From an uncultured Alphaproteobacteria bacterium (GTDB taxonomy: Bacteria > Pseudomonadota > Alphaproteobacteria > Rickettsiales > JALZUV01), in assembly GCA_963837025.1 (NCBI GenBank), contig CAWILT010000001.1:273155-337154 (forward strand): a stretch of 64,000 bases of DNA. Reading direction: 5' to 3'. The notes under the pieces were generated by a model that ran no database searches, was not told the origin of the DNA, and saw nothing but the letters and a program-made list of their open reading frames with translations. The position numbers and the translations under genes are program-made. Shown piece by piece: positions 40,787-51,716 of the stretch; position 1 is the first letter of the stretch, and each line of letters begins with the position of its first letter.

Positions 40787-41437
40787 TTATTGCAAATAGG
40801 TGTGCAGGAAATTTGCCGCAATGTCTAGTCCTGTTGGGTCAATTCCATGGGCTAAATTTGGCCGTGTATGTGTTTCAACCGATACACCTGCCGCAGTTAA
40901 TGCGCGCTCCGCTATGCCCATCGCGCCATAAGGCACAACCGTATCCGCCTGACCATGAATCAAACATACAGGTGGTTTAGATTTTATTTCGCGTGGAAGC
41001 TTGGCCGCCGATACCATTGCGCCTGAGAAACCCACAATCGCCGCCACTGAATCTTCGCGGCGCAATGCGGTATAGAGCGATGTCATTGTGCCTTGTGAAA
41101 AGCCTAATATAGCTAATTTGGAAGCAGGCAGGCCAAACTCTTTCAACATCACATCAATATAAGCATTCAGCAGAGGTTCTGCTTTTTTCACTTCACGTTC
41201 TAAATCAGCTTCAATACGGCTTTGTAAACTAAACCATTGGCGACCATAAGGCGCCATATCGCAAGGGAAGGGCGCATCTGGCGAAACGAACGCTGTGTTA
41301 GGCAGCTTATCCGAAAGCTCATCAGCCAGCCCAATTAAATCTCGTCCATCGGCGCCTAATCCGTGGGCGAGAATCACGAGTGATTGTGTATCACCCGAGG
41401 GCGCAGGATAGGTATAGGTATTTAAATTGCTCATCAC
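40787..41437 (-). CDS. phospholipase/carboxylesterase-family alpha/beta hydrolase
   Basis: 216 aa. GFSQGT nucleophile elbow, HG..D and AHGI catalytic His region. Confidence 0.75.
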   Translation of the reverse strand: MMSNLNTYTYPAPSGDTQSLVILAHGLGADGRDLIGLADELSDKLPNTAFVSPDAPFPCDMAPYGRQWFSLQSRIEADLEREVKKAEPLLNAYIDVMLKEFGLPASKLAILGFSQGTMTSLYTALRREDSVAAIVGFSGAMVSAAKLPREIKSKPPVCLIHGQADTVVPYGAMGIAERALTAAGVSVETHTRPNLAHGIDPTGLDIAANFLHTYLQ

Positions 41438-41496
41438 ACGTTGATAACCATGTTCAAGCAGATTGCAATCGAAACTGCGGGCGCTATGCTGCGCAT

Positions 41497-44232
41497 ATGT
41501 CAGCTCCTAAACGTCTTACTCTCATTGATGGCAGTGGATTTATCTTCCGCGCCTTTTTCGCTATGCCTAACCTTACCAATAAAGAGGGCACGCCAACAGG
41601 CGCTGTATATGGCTTTGTCAACATGATGCAAAAGCTATTGCGTGATGCGCAAAATAACGAATTTGACGATTACATAGCCGTGATATTCGATGCAGGGCGC
41701 TTCACTTTCCGCAACGAAATGTACGATCAATATAAAGCTAACCGCGATGAACCACCAGAAGAATTGAAACCCCAATTTGCGCTGGTGCGCGAGGCAACTG
41801 CCGCACTAAATCTCCCCGCCATAGAGCTTGCTGGTTTTGAAGCTGACGATCTAATTGCCAGCTACACCCGTCAAGCCAAGTGTGATGGATTTGATGAGGT
41901 TATCATCGTTTCGTCCGATAAAGATTTAATGCAACTCGTTGATGATAATGCCGGCATTCATATGTTTGATGCTATGAAAAGCAAAGTCATTAATGAAGCT
42001 ATGGTAGATGAAAAGTTCGGCGTACCCCCTTACAAAGTGCGCGATGTGCTGGCTCTCATGGGCGATAGCTCTGATAATATCCCCGGCATTGCGGGTATCG
42101 GCCCCAAAACCGCTGCGCAACTTATCAATCATTTCGGCGATTTAGAAAGCTTACTTAACCGTGCGGAAGAAGAAGTGCCGCAGAAAAAACGGCGTGAGTC
42201 GCTGATTGAATTTGCCGATGATGCGCGCCTTTCCTATCAGCTCGTTACACTTAAAAACGATTGCGAATTGCCTGTTCCATTGAGTGATTGCGGCGAGCGT
42301 GACTGGGACACACCCATTCTACGCGAGTTTTTACAATCTATGGGCTTTAGGAAATTACAAGAACAGCTTGATAGCATCTCTGGTATAGCTTCCGATGAAA
42401 CACCCGCTGCACCAGAATCTAAACCTGAAGAGATTAAGAAAATATCTTATTTACAAGCAGATGAGGCTTTACTCACAAACATGCTAACCCAAGCAAAAGC
42501 GCAAGGTAAACTTGCTATCATATACGAAGAATCGGGCATGGGGCTTTGCGTTGAAAGTGGCTCAGCGATATATTTTCCATTTCCATTAGAATCTACTCAA
42601 AATGCAAGCAAAGCTCAGGCAACGCTTTTTGCTGAAGAAAACGCAGAAAACTTAAAGCCTATGATTCCAGCAGTCATTATCGAAATTTTGGCTGATAAAA
42701 CGGTGTTAAAAATTGGCTATCATATAAAAGCGGCTATCCGCTCAATTGGAACTATTAGCCCAGTAGATGATGTAACTTTACTATCCTATGTACTTGAAGC
42801 AGGTTTAGAAAATCACGATTTTGACGGTTTGGTAAAACGGCAGTTGCAACTAGAACCCCCATCTGATGAAGCCGCACTAGGCAAGGGTAGGGCTAAAAAG
42901 CGGTGGGTTCATGCTGATGCGCAAGACATTACGCCTATTCTAGCAGCGCGCGCTGATTACACGATGCGTTTATGGAATTTACAACATCCGCAGCTTCCAC
43001 ACGCTAATGTGGCATCAGTTTATGAGAAAATTGAGCGCCCCTTATTGCCTATTATGGCTGAAATGGAGCGCAAAGGCGTATTACTTGACCGCACCTATCT
43101 CGCTAATCTTTCTACCGAATTTAAAAATTTAATCGCAGGCTTAGAAAAAGAAATTTACACGTTAGCGGGTGAGGAATTCCTCATCGGATCACCCAAACAA
43201 TTAGGTGAAGTGTTATTTGATAAATTAGGTATTGAAGGAGGCAAAAAAAGCAAAAAAAGTGGGCAATATTCCACAGGAATCGAAGTGCTCGAAGAACTCG
43301 CCGCACAAGGCCACATCATTGCTGAAAAAGTCGTAAGTTGGCGACAATATGAAAAGTTACGTTCCACCTACACCGATGCGTTGCAAAATCAAATCGAAGA
43401 TGATGGCCGAGTGCATACCACTTTACAACAAACCGTAGCTGCAACAGGCCGCTTAAGTTCCACCGACCCGAATTTACAAAATATTCCCATCCGCACCGAC
43501 GAAGGTAAACGGATTCGCCAAGCATTCATCGCCAAATCAGGCTATCGATTAGTAGCGGCTGATTATTCGCAAATTGAGTTGCGCTTACTTGCTGAGATGG
43601 CCGATATGAATGAGCTTAAAGAGGCCTTTCGTAAAGGCCAAGATATCCACGCCGCAACGGCCAGTCAGATGTTCAACATTCCGTTAGATGAAATGACGTT
43701 CGAGTATCGCCGTCGCGCAAAAACGATTAATTTTGGTATTATCTATGGTATCTCTGCCCATGGTTTAGCAGTTCGTTTAGGCATTGAACGTTCCGATGCG
43801 GCCAAATTCATTGATGCCTATTTTGAACTTTATCCCGGCATCCGCGCTTATATGGAGGCCAAAAAAATGGAGGCCAAAGAATATGGTTTTATCACCACGC
43901 TTTATGGCCGTAAGGTACATATAAAAGGCATAAATGATAAAAATTATAACATGCGCGCATTTGCCGAGCGCCAAGCTATCAACGCACCCTTGCAAGGCAC
44001 GGCCGCAGATATCATTAAACGTGCAATGATTGCGATAGATGGGGAATATGGCAATAATGAGGATGTGCGGATGTTATTACAAGTGCATGATGAGTTACTA
44101 TTCGAGATTGCAGATAATAAAGCGGAAAAAATAACGGCAAACATCGTGCAAATCATGCAAAATGCAGCCCATCTATCTTTACCATTAGTGGTTGAAGCGG
44201 GCATTGGAAATAATTGGGGCGAAATCCACTAG
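41497..44232 (+). CDS. polA: DNA polymerase I
   Basis: Start at MSAPKRLTLIDGSGFIFRAFFA (ATG 41497); the track ORF has a spurious 39-aa extension. Has 5'-nuclease, 3'-5' exo-like and Pol A motifs (DYSQIELR, RRRAKTINFGIIYG, QVHDEL). Confidence 0.95.
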   Translation: MSAPKRLTLIDGSGFIFRAFFAMPNLTNKEGTPTGAVYGFVNMMQKLLRDAQNNEFDDYIAVIFDAGRFTFRNEMYDQYKANRDEPPEELKPQFALVREATAALNLPAIELAGFEADDLIASYTRQAKCDGFDEVIIVSSDKDLMQLVDDNAGIHMFDAMKSKVINEAMVDEKFGVPPYKVRDVLALMGDSSDNIPGIAGIGPKTAAQLINHFGDLESLLNRAEEEVPQKKRRESLIEFADDARLSYQLVTLKNDCELPVPLSDCGERDWDTPILREFLQSMGFRKLQEQLDSISGIASDETPAAPESKPEEIKKISYLQADEALLTNMLTQAKAQGKLAIIYEESGMGLCVESGSAIYFPFPLESTQNASKAQATLFAEENAENLKPMIPAVIIEILADKTVLKIGYHIKAAIRSIGTISPVDDVTLLSYVLEAGLENHDFDGLVKRQLQLEPPSDEAALGKGRAKKRWVHADAQDITPILAARADYTMRLWNLQHPQLPHANVASVYEKIERPLLPIMAEMERKGVLLDRTYLANLSTEFKNLIAGLEKEIYTLAGEEFLIGSPKQLGEVLFDKLGIEGGKKSKKSGQYSTGIEVLEELAAQGHIIAEKVVSWRQYEKLRSTYTDALQNQIEDDGRVHTTLQQTVAATGRLSSTDPNLQNIPIRTDEGKRIRQAFIAKSGYRLVAADYSQIELRLLAEMADMNELKEAFRKGQDIHAATASQMFNIPLDEMTFEYRRRAKTINFGIIYGISAHGLAVRLGIERSDAAKFIDAYFELYPGIRAYMEAKKMEAKEYGFITTLYGRKVHIKGINDKNYNMRAFAERQAINAPLQGTAADIIKRAMIAIDGEYGNNEDVRMLLQVHDELLFEIADNKAEKITANIVQIMQNAAHLSLPLVVEAGIGNNWGEIH

Positions 44233-44278
44233 GAAAGCGCTAGTAATTGCAGCAATTCTTCTTTATATAATTTCGAAC

Positions 44279-45694
44279 ATGACAGACGATTTCAAAACAA
44301 AATTCAAGCCCATTCTCATTTCTGGCAAAGAATGCTACCCCATAATTGAGGGTGGCAAAGGCGTAGCCGCATCCGATGGCGCAACTTCGGGTGCATTTGC
44401 AGCGGCAGGTGCTGTAGGCACATTTTCAGGCGTTAATGCAGTCGCTTATGATGAACAAGGCAATCGCATTCCTTACATTTATAAAGAGACGACTCGCCGT
44501 GGCCGCCATGCAGAGCTGATTGATTTAAGCGTCCGCGGTGGCATTGCCCAAGCGAAACGCGCACATGAAATTGCCAATGGTAATGGCCGTATCCACATGA
44601 ATGTATTGTGGGAAATGGGCGCCGCAGAAGAAATTCTTACCAAAGTGCTTGAAGGCACTAAAGGCATGGTAAATGGCATTACATGTGGTGCAGGCATGCC
44701 TTATAAGTTAGGCGAAATTGCAGAACATTATAATGTTTATTACTATCCTATCGTTTCATCCATGCGAGCATTCCGTGCATTATGGAAACGCTCTTATAAT
44801 AAAACAGCGCCGTTTCTAGGGGGCGTGGTTTATGAAGATCCGTGGCTAGCGGGAGGTCATAATGGCCTATCAAACAGTGAAGATCCTAAAATACCTGAGG
44901 ATCCTTATCCACGCGTGGCTGAACTTCGTTCCTTCATGAATCTGGTCGGTTTAAACGAAGTGCCAATTGTGATGGCAGGCGGTGTCTGGCATCTAAAAGA
45001 GTGGGAGCATTGGCTTGATAATCCAGAAATCGGACCCATTGCATTTCAATTCGGTACCCGCCCACTTCTCACACAAGAAAGCCCAATTCCACTGCATTGG
45101 AAGCAAAAGCTTCTTAAATTACAGCCCGGCGATGTGTTTTTGAATAAATTTAGCCCTACAGGATTTTATTCATCAGCCGTAAATAACGATTTTATACAAG
45201 AACTTCGTGCGCGCTCTGATCGTCAAGTTGAATATCGCACCGAGCAAGAAGGTTATTTTGCCGAACCTTATGGTTTTGGCCCTCGCAAGCGTCCGCATTA
45301 TGTTACGCCTGAAGATATGGCGCGTATTCGTAAATGGGAAGAAGACGGCTATGATGTTGCGATGAAAACGCCCGATGATACGCTCATATTTACCTCAAAA
45401 AATAAAGCGGATGAAATCACAACCGACCAAATCGAATGTATGGGCTGCCTATCACATTGTCGTTTTTCCAACTGGAAAGATCATGATGATTATTCCACAG
45501 GCAAAAAAGCGGATCCACGCAGCTTCTGCATTCAAAAAACGTTGCAGCGCATTGTGCATAATGAGGGCAATATCAATAATGAGCTCATGTTTAGCGGGCA
45601 TAATGCCTTCAAGTTTGGAGATGATCCTTTTTATGAAAACGGCATTATTCCAACCGTCGGACAATTGGTTGAGCGCATTCGCGAAGGGCGTTAA
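44279..45694 (+). CDS. nitronate monooxygenase-family flavin oxidoreductase
   Basis: About 471 aa from ATG 44279. TIM-barrel FMN motifs (ITCGAGMP, VMAGGVW). Family call is from memory. Confidence 0.6.
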   Translation: MTDDFKTKFKPILISGKECYPIIEGGKGVAASDGATSGAFAAAGAVGTFSGVNAVAYDEQGNRIPYIYKETTRRGRHAELIDLSVRGGIAQAKRAHEIANGNGRIHMNVLWEMGAAEEILTKVLEGTKGMVNGITCGAGMPYKLGEIAEHYNVYYYPIVSSMRAFRALWKRSYNKTAPFLGGVVYEDPWLAGGHNGLSNSEDPKIPEDPYPRVAELRSFMNLVGLNEVPIVMAGGVWHLKEWEHWLDNPEIGPIAFQFGTRPLLTQESPIPLHWKQKLLKLQPGDVFLNKFSPTGFYSSAVNNDFIQELRARSDRQVEYRTEQEGYFAEPYGFGPRKRPHYVTPEDMARIRKWEEDGYDVAMKTPDDTLIFTSKNKADEITTDQIECMGCLSHCRFSNWKDHDDYSTGKKADPRSFCIQKTLQRIVHNEGNINNELMFSGHNAFKFGDDPFYENGIIPTVGQLVERIREGR

Positions 45695-45700
45695 TAAGCT

Positions 45701-46165
45701 TTAGTCAAGCTTAACACCCCATAATAAGCTTAGCGGAACCCAGCCATCTTTCTCGGCCACCTCAATCTCGCACCAGTCAGCTCGGCAAGTTTCTAGTTGC
45801 ACGACTACTTTGGGCATTAATCGCACAATAGGGTCAGCATTATCTTCTGGCTTTTCACGCAGCACGGTTTCATCTTTTACAAGCGCTGTTCGCACGCCTG
45901 ATAGCATTGAATGGTGCATCCACCCTTTAATACCGTCACTATCTTCAACCTGACGCCAATGCTCATATTCATTAACGATCTTAAGTGGTAATCCGCGTTG
46001 CGTATAATTCCACCTAACGGGGTAGCGCTTGCCAGGGCCAACACGCATAAATGCTTCACTACTTTTTAGCGATACAAAACGTGGAATCGGCAAACCCGTT
46101 TCGCTGTAAGGTTGAGCAAAAACAGGCGTAGATGCAAACATTAAAAATATTAAAAACCATTTCAT
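45701..46165 (-). CDS. secreted SH3-like domain protein (COG3807-type)
   Basis: 154 aa. Signal peptide MKWFLIFLMFASTPVFA, then PRFVSLKSSEAFMRVGPGKRYPVRW...GWMHHSML, two SH3-like halves. Confidence 0.7.
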   Translation of the reverse strand: MKWFLIFLMFASTPVFAQPYSETGLPIPRFVSLKSSEAFMRVGPGKRYPVRWNYTQRGLPLKIVNEYEHWRQVEDSDGIKGWMHHSMLSGVRTALVKDETVLREKPEDNADPIVRLMPKVVVQLETCRADWCEIEVAEKDGWVPLSLLWGVKLD

Positions 46166-46204
46166 TAAATTAGCCTAAGCAAATCTAACGATGCCTGCAA
46201 CTAA

Positions 46205-47209
46205 TCAGCCATCAAATCCGGCAAAAAGGTCTGTTGAAATGTAACGCTCTGCTGTTGATGCAACAATCACCACAATGCGTTTACCTTTCATATCGTCACG
46301 CGCCGCAACCTCAAGCGCCGCAGCGATTGTAGCACCTGAAGAAATACCAACAGGAATACCTTCAACCGAAGCCATCTCACGCGCGGTGCGAAACGCCGTT
46401 TCATTACCAATCGTAATCACCTCATCAATCATAGATATGTCCAACACATCAGGCACAAAGCCAGCGCCAATGCCTTGAATTTTATGAGGACCTGGCGCGC
46501 CACCCGATAATATTTGAGAATCTTCAGGCTCAACTGCCATCACTTTTATGGCTGAATTTTTTGCCTTCAAAGCACTACCGATTCCAGTCAAAGAACCGCC
46601 CGTTCCCACACCTGTGATAAACACATCAAGTTGCCCCTTTGTATCTGCCCAAATCTCTTCAGCCGTTGTGATACGATGCACTTGCGGATTAGCAGAATTT
46701 TGAAACTGCTGTAACATCACCGCTTTGGGGTTTTCATCTACAATTTTTTGAGCTGCTTCTATCGCGCCTTTCATTCCGCCTGCTGCAGGCGTTAGCTCTA
46801 ACTCTGCACCCAAAATCTTCAACATCTTGCGACGTTCAATCGACATGCTTTCCGGCATGGTTAAAATAATTTTATAACCTTTTGATGCTGCAACAAATGC
46901 TAGTGCAATACCGGTATTGCCCGAAGTTGGCTCAACCAAAATCGTATCTTGACTAAGTTTACCTGATTGCTCAGCCGCTTCGATCATCGATAAAGCAATA
47001 CGGTCTTTAATACTTGAAAGCGGGTTGAAAAATTCCAATTTAGCTAAAATTTCTGCTTTAGCACCGGCTTGTTTTGCTATTCGATTCAACCGCACGAGAG
47101 GCGTATTGCCTAAAGTTTCTAAAATTGAATTATAAATATGTCCACGACCGGGCTTATCGAGTTGAGTCGTTAAAACGGAGGGTTCAGTTTTTAAAGCAGT
47201 TTGGTTCAT
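46205..47209 (-). CDS. cysK: cysteine synthase A (O-acetylserine sulfhydrylase)
   Basis: 334 aa. PLP-lysine motif FNPLSSIKDR, TSGNTG, GVGTGGSLTG. Confidence 0.9.
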   Translation of the reverse strand: MNQTALKTEPSVLTTQLDKPGRGHIYNSILETLGNTPLVRLNRIAKQAGAKAEILAKLEFFNPLSSIKDRIALSMIEAAEQSGKLSQDTILVEPTSGNTGIALAFVAASKGYKIILTMPESMSIERRKMLKILGAELELTPAAGGMKGAIEAAQKIVDENPKAVMLQQFQNSANPQVHRITTAEEIWADTKGQLDVFITGVGTGGSLTGIGSALKAKNSAIKVMAVEPEDSQILSGGAPGPHKIQGIGAGFVPDVLDISMIDEVITIGNETAFRTAREMASVEGIPVGISSGATIAAALEVAARDDMKGKRIVVIVASTAERYISTDLFAGFDG

Positions 47210-47221
47210 AAAAAATCCTTT

Positions 47222-47638
47222 TTAAATAGCAAAATCAGACGTGCGTTTTACTTTTTCACGCGTCGGTATAAGTTGTTGTAAATTGATGGAACGTAATTTT
47301 TCATTAATATCAGCATGAATATCTTCCAACAAAAACCGTAACTTTTTTGATTCAGTTGAAATTTCATCATCATCGTTAGCGGTTGATGTTACCTCTAAAA
47401 TATCAGCAATTGAAATGCGCCGTTTTTCGCGTGCCAGCACATAACCACCACGCGGCCCCCGCACGCCACGCAGCAAATCACCACGCACCAAATGCTGCAA
47501 CATTTGCTCTAAATAGCGCGGTGATAAATCATGCATTGCGGCTATTTCCTTACAGCTAATAGGCTGCACACCATTATGGCTGGCTACGGTTAACATCGCT
47601 TCAACGGCTTGAAGATCTTTTTTATCTAACTTTAACAT
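47222..47638 (-). CDS. Rrf2-family transcriptional regulator
   Basis: 138 aa. wHTH signature [32 protein letters not shown]. Confidence 0.8.
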   Translation of the reverse strand: MLKLDKKDLQAVEAMLTVASHNGVQPISCKEIAAMHDLSPRYLEQMLQHLVRGDLLRGVRGPRGGYVLAREKRRISIADILEVTSTANDDDEISTESKKLRFLLEDIHADINEKLRSINLQQLIPTREKVKRTSDFAI

Positions 47639-48093
47639 GCTGCCACAATTCCCGATCCGGTTGAACCAAATCCACCAGCACCTCTGGAAGTTTCTTCAAG
47701 ATTTTCAACCGCATTAAATTGCGCGCGTGTATAGGGGGCAATCACCATTTGCGCAATGCGCATGCCGCGCTCAATCACAAAGTCTTTTTTACCATGGTTG
47801 ATTAAAATAATACCAATCTCACCACGATAATCCGCATCAATGGTGCCTGGAGTATTCAACACCGTAACCGCCGATTTATAAGCCAAACCCGAACGCGGGC
47901 GAATTTGTGCCTCATATCCTTTAGGTAATGCAATCGATAATCCCGTTTTTATCATTGCTGATTCACCGGCTGCCAACACATATGGCTCATCAATCGCAGC
48001 GGTTAAATCCAAGCCTGCCGCATCTTCTGTTGCATAAAAGGGTAGATCTAAACCTTCAGCATGGGGTAGTTGTTTGATTGGAATCGTAACCAT
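47632..48093 (-). CDS. dut: dUTP diphosphatase
   Basis: 153 aa. [23 protein letters not shown] and [10 protein letters not shown] motifs. Confidence 0.92.
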   Translation of the reverse strand: MVTIPIKQLPHAEGLDLPFYATEDAAGLDLTAAIDEPYVLAAGESAMIKTGLSIALPKGYEAQIRPRSGLAYKSAVTVLNTPGTIDADYRGEIGIILINHGKKDFVIERGMRIAQMVIAPYTRAQFNAVENLEETSRGAGGFGSTGSGIVAAC

Positions 48094-49314
48094 TTACGCA
48101 CTCACTTTCGTTTTGGATTGTTCAAAATATGCTATTATTTTCTGGGTCAGATTCGTTGCAATTTGTTTTTTGCTACCCACCCAATGCTCTTTTGATGGGA
48201 GCACATAAATTTCGGTATGATCTGCCCCAAATATCTGACCATTTGAAACATCATTTGCTAATAACCAATCGCATTGCTTTCGCTGCAGCTTATCCGCAGC
48301 ATTTTGTAACACATTTTGTGTTTCGGCAGCAAATCCAATCACTAAAGAAGGGCGAGGCGTAGCTGACTGAGAAATCCACTGCAAAATATCTGGGTTTTCA
48401 GTTAGGTGTAAAACGGGATTTCGCCCACTGTTTGATTTCTTCATTTTATCAGGCAAGGCAGCCACTTTCCAATCGGCAATAGCTGCAGCGCAAATAACAA
48501 CATCAGCGGGTAGGGCAGCTTGCGTAGCAGCAAACATCTCATCTGCTGATGTCACAAATTGCGTGTCAATGACACCCATCGCGCGAAAAGGGGTTGAGCC
48601 TAATATTAAGTTAACCTCGGCTCCCGCATGGTGCAAACTTTCAGCAATAGCGATACCTTGTTTGCCAGATGAAAGATTGCCCAAATAGCGCACAGGATCA
48701 ATCATTTCATGCGTTGGGCCTGCCAAAACTAACACGCGCTTACCCGTTAGTTGGTGCTGATGATTCTCCAAAAGCTTGAGTGGCGATTGATTCAACGCGG
48801 CGATAATTGTGTCATTATCAGCAAATCGACCCACACCATATTCGCCACACGCCATTTCGCCTTCGCTTGGCGCAATAAGTTGCACACCATCTTCTATTAA
48901 CTGCGCAATATTGCGCTGAGTAGCCGGATGACTCCACATATGATGATTCATAGCAGGAGCAACAAATACAGGTTTATTGGTAGCTAATAACGTTGTTGTT
49001 GCCAAATCGGCGCATTGACCTTGCGCCATTTTGGCCAAGGTGTCAGCGCTTGCGGGTGCCACTAAAATAGCATCGGCTTTTCGTGAGAGTTGAATATGCC
49101 CCATTTCCACTTCATCTTTAAGTGAAAATAAGTCGGTATAGGTTTCCGTTCCCGTTAATGAGGAAACCATGAGCGGAGTAATAAATTCTTGCCCGCCCTT
49201 CGTTAAAATAGCATCGACCTGAATATGATTTCGCTTTAATTCCCGAATCAATTCGAGCGCTTTATAAGCCGCAACACTGCCTGAGATAATTAATAGTACT
49301 GATTTAATACGCAT
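48094..49314 (-). CDS. coaBC: bifunctional phosphopantothenoylcysteine decarboxylase / phosphopantothenate-cysteine ligase
   Basis: 406 aa. N-terminal flavoprotein (ISGSVAAYKA, PAMNHHMW) and C-terminal CoaB (GPTHEMIDPVRYLGNLSSGKQG). Confidence 0.9.
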   Translation of the reverse strand: MRIKSVLLIISGSVAAYKALELIRELKRNHIQVDAILTKGGQEFITPLMVSSLTGTETYTDLFSLKDEVEMGHIQLSRKADAILVAPASADTLAKMAQGQCADLATTTLLATNKPVFVAPAMNHHMWSHPATQRNIAQLIEDGVQLIAPSEGEMACGEYGVGRFADNDTIIAALNQSPLKLLENHQHQLTGKRVLVLAGPTHEMIDPVRYLGNLSSGKQGIAIAESLHHAGAEVNLILGSTPFRAMGVIDTQFVTSADEMFAATQAALPADVVICAAAIADWKVAALPDKMKKSNSGRNPVLHLTENPDILQWISQSATPRPSLVIGFAAETQNVLQNAADKLQRKQCDWLLANDVSNGQIFGADHTEIYVLPSKEHWVGSKKQIATNLTQKIIAYFEQSKTKVSA

Positions 49315-49363
49315 ATATTCTGTAGATTATAAATATTCTACAGTAACGCAAATGTTATTTAAC

Positions 49364-50896
49364 TTATTTTAGTATTATTAGAATGATAGTGCTGATTAAA
49401 GCAACCCATCCCAATAAAATATAGTGAGCATGGTATCGTCTACGTTCGCGCACAAAAGCTGATAGGGTATCAGGATGCAATTTAATTCCGCCACTATCAA
49501 TTTTTCTTAATACATTTTCAGCATGTCTAATTGCAACGGGTATACGTTCTGCTGCATCTTTAACTTGCTCAGCCGCATATTTAAGCCGCGCCTTGGGCCC
49601 TAAATTTTCTATAGCCCATTCCATTACAAGCGGTTCGGATAGCTTCCACATATTAATATTCGGCATCAACATACGTCCTACGCCTTCTGCCACCATCATC
49701 GTTTTTTGAAGCAATAAAAGCTGAGGCTGAGTTTGCATCTCAAAAGTAGCAGCAACCTCAAATAATTGTTCTAGTAATTTTGCAACGGAAATTTCTTCTA
49801 AGGGGAGCCCTAAAATAGGCTCACCAATCGCGCGACAAGCTGTGGTAAAGTGATCCACATTTTTATGCGCTGGTACATAACCCGCATCAAAATGCATTTG
49901 CGCCACTTTACGATAATCGCTTTGTAAAAACCCTCGCAGGATTTCAACCAAATACATGCGCTCTTGCCAGCTAACGCGCCCCATTATGCCAAAATCAACC
50001 ACGGCGATACGGCCATCATCTAACACAAATAAATTACCCGGATGCAAATCGGCATGAAAATACCCATCGCGGAAAACCTGATTAAAAAATCCTTCCGCAG
50101 CAATTTTTACCAAAGCAGTAAAATCATGCCCCTTAGCGCGAAGCGTATCAAGATCGCTAATTTTAGTGCCGTTCAATCGCTCAAGCACTAAAACACTATT
50201 GGAGGTTAGTGGCCAATAAATATGCGGCACATAGAACATTTCATCATGCTGCATATTCTCTCGCAACTCAGCAGCCGCTGAAGCTTCAAACCTTAAATCA
50301 AGTTCCATCTTTACCGACTCAGCAAAGGTTTGCACCACTTGAACTGGCTTAAATCGTGCTAAATCGGGGCGGTTAGCAAGCAAGCTGGCTATCCACGTGA
50401 AAAGTGCAATATCGCGTGCAAATTCAGCGCGCACGTTAGGGCGCACCACTTTAACGGCAACTTCTTCATCTTTTTGTGTGGTGGCAAAATGCACTTGTGC
50501 GATAGATGCGGCTGCCACGGGAACTTCATTAAATGATTTGAATAATACATGTGTAGGCACGCCAAAATCATGCTGAATAATCTCATGCACTTTGGCAACG
50601 GGGAAGGGGGGAAGTTTATCGCGCAAATTAGCCAAATCTTTCGCTAATTCATCGCCAATAATATCGGAGCGAGTGGATAAAGTTTGTCCAAGTTTAATGT
50701 AAGTCGGCCCCAGCGACTGCAATGCTAACGCTAACCTTTCACCCTGCCTTAAATTACTTCGTTTACGAAAAATTTTACACAATAAAGTAGTTACGGGAGC
50801 AAGCCGGGTCTGTTGCAGCGGAAACAACGCATCATGCCGCGCTAACACCCATCCAATGCGTAAAACTTCAAGCGAATAGCGAAGATGTCTAAGCAT
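49364..50896 (-). CDS. ubiB: ubiquinone biosynthesis kinase-like protein UbiB
   Basis: 510 aa. ABC1/ADCK motifs (AAASIAQVH, HADLHPGNLFV, DFGIMG) and C-terminal TM helices. Confidence 0.9.
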   Translation of the reverse strand: MLRHLRYSLEVLRIGWVLARHDALFPLQQTRLAPVTTLLCKIFRKRSNLRQGERLALALQSLGPTYIKLGQTLSTRSDIIGDELAKDLANLRDKLPPFPVAKVHEIIQHDFGVPTHVLFKSFNEVPVAAASIAQVHFATTQKDEEVAVKVVRPNVRAEFARDIALFTWIASLLANRPDLARFKPVQVVQTFAESVKMELDLRFEASAAAELRENMQHDEMFYVPHIYWPLTSNSVLVLERLNGTKISDLDTLRAKGHDFTALVKIAAEGFFNQVFRDGYFHADLHPGNLFVLDDGRIAVVDFGIMGRVSWQERMYLVEILRGFLQSDYRKVAQMHFDAGYVPAHKNVDHFTTACRAIGEPILGLPLEEISVAKLLEQLFEVAATFEMQTQPQLLLLQKTMMVAEGVGRMLMPNINMWKLSEPLVMEWAIENLGPKARLKYAAEQVKDAAERIPVAIRHAENVLRKIDSGGIKLHPDTLSAFVRERRRYHAHYILLGWVALISTIILIILK

Positions 50897-51660
50897 TATA
50901 TTTTCCAGCCTTTATGAATACACACCACACCTTGCGTTAATTTTTCATAGCTTGCGCGCTCAAAGCCAGCGTCGCTAATCATCGCTTGAAACGCATCCGC
51001 TGGCGGAAATTGACGAATTGATTCCACGAGATATTGATAGGAAGCCTCATCACCCGTAATTAACTTCCCAAATTTAGGGATAAAATTAAACGAATAAGCA
51101 TCATAAAGCTGCTTCATTATAGGGGTGTTTATTGGGCTAAATTCCAAACAATAAAAAGGTGCCCCAGGTTTCAATACACGATAAATTTCACTTAAAGCTT
51201 GGTCAATATGGGTAACATTGCGAATACCAAAAGCAATCGTTACAGCATCAAAACGGTTATCCTCAAAGGGTATCACTTCAGCATTAACCGTTTTCCATTC
51301 CACCTTACCAAAATGTGCAATATTTTCGTCGATACTGCGTTTAACCCCTTCCGCTAACATCGATTCATTGATATCTGTAATGGTAGCCTTAGCGTTTAAA
51401 CCTTTTGCATAAGCGCGTTTAAGATAACGAAAACTTATATCACCCGTACCCCCAGCTAAGTCGAGCAGATGCGCACCTTCATAAAGCGGAAGCTGCGCGA
51501 CAAAATGATTTTTCCACAATCGGTGTAAACCCGCACTCATGACATCATTCATTATGTCATATTTAGTAGCAACTGACTCAAACACACCGCGCACGCGGCC
51601 TTGTTTTTCATCGGTCGCAATTTGTTCAAAACCAAAATGGGTGGTAGAATTCTGTTTCAT
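50896..51660 (-). CDS. ubiE: ubiquinone/menaquinone C-methyltransferase
   Basis: 254 aa. YDIMNDVMSAGLHRLWK and the SAM motif LDLAGGTGD. Confidence 0.9.
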   Translation of the reverse strand: MKQNSTTHFGFEQIATDEKQGRVRGVFESVATKYDIMNDVMSAGLHRLWKNHFVAQLPLYEGAHLLDLAGGTGDISFRYLKRAYAKGLNAKATITDINESMLAEGVKRSIDENIAHFGKVEWKTVNAEVIPFEDNRFDAVTIAFGIRNVTHIDQALSEIYRVLKPGAPFYCLEFSPINTPIMKQLYDAYSFNFIPKFGKLITGDEASYQYLVESIRQFPPADAFQAMISDAGFERASYEKLTQGVVCIHKGWKI

Positions 51661-51716
51661 AGCGCCCTAAATATAAGCAGTTTGAAATAAAAAGAAAGGT
51701 GCTCAATCGCGCTTTT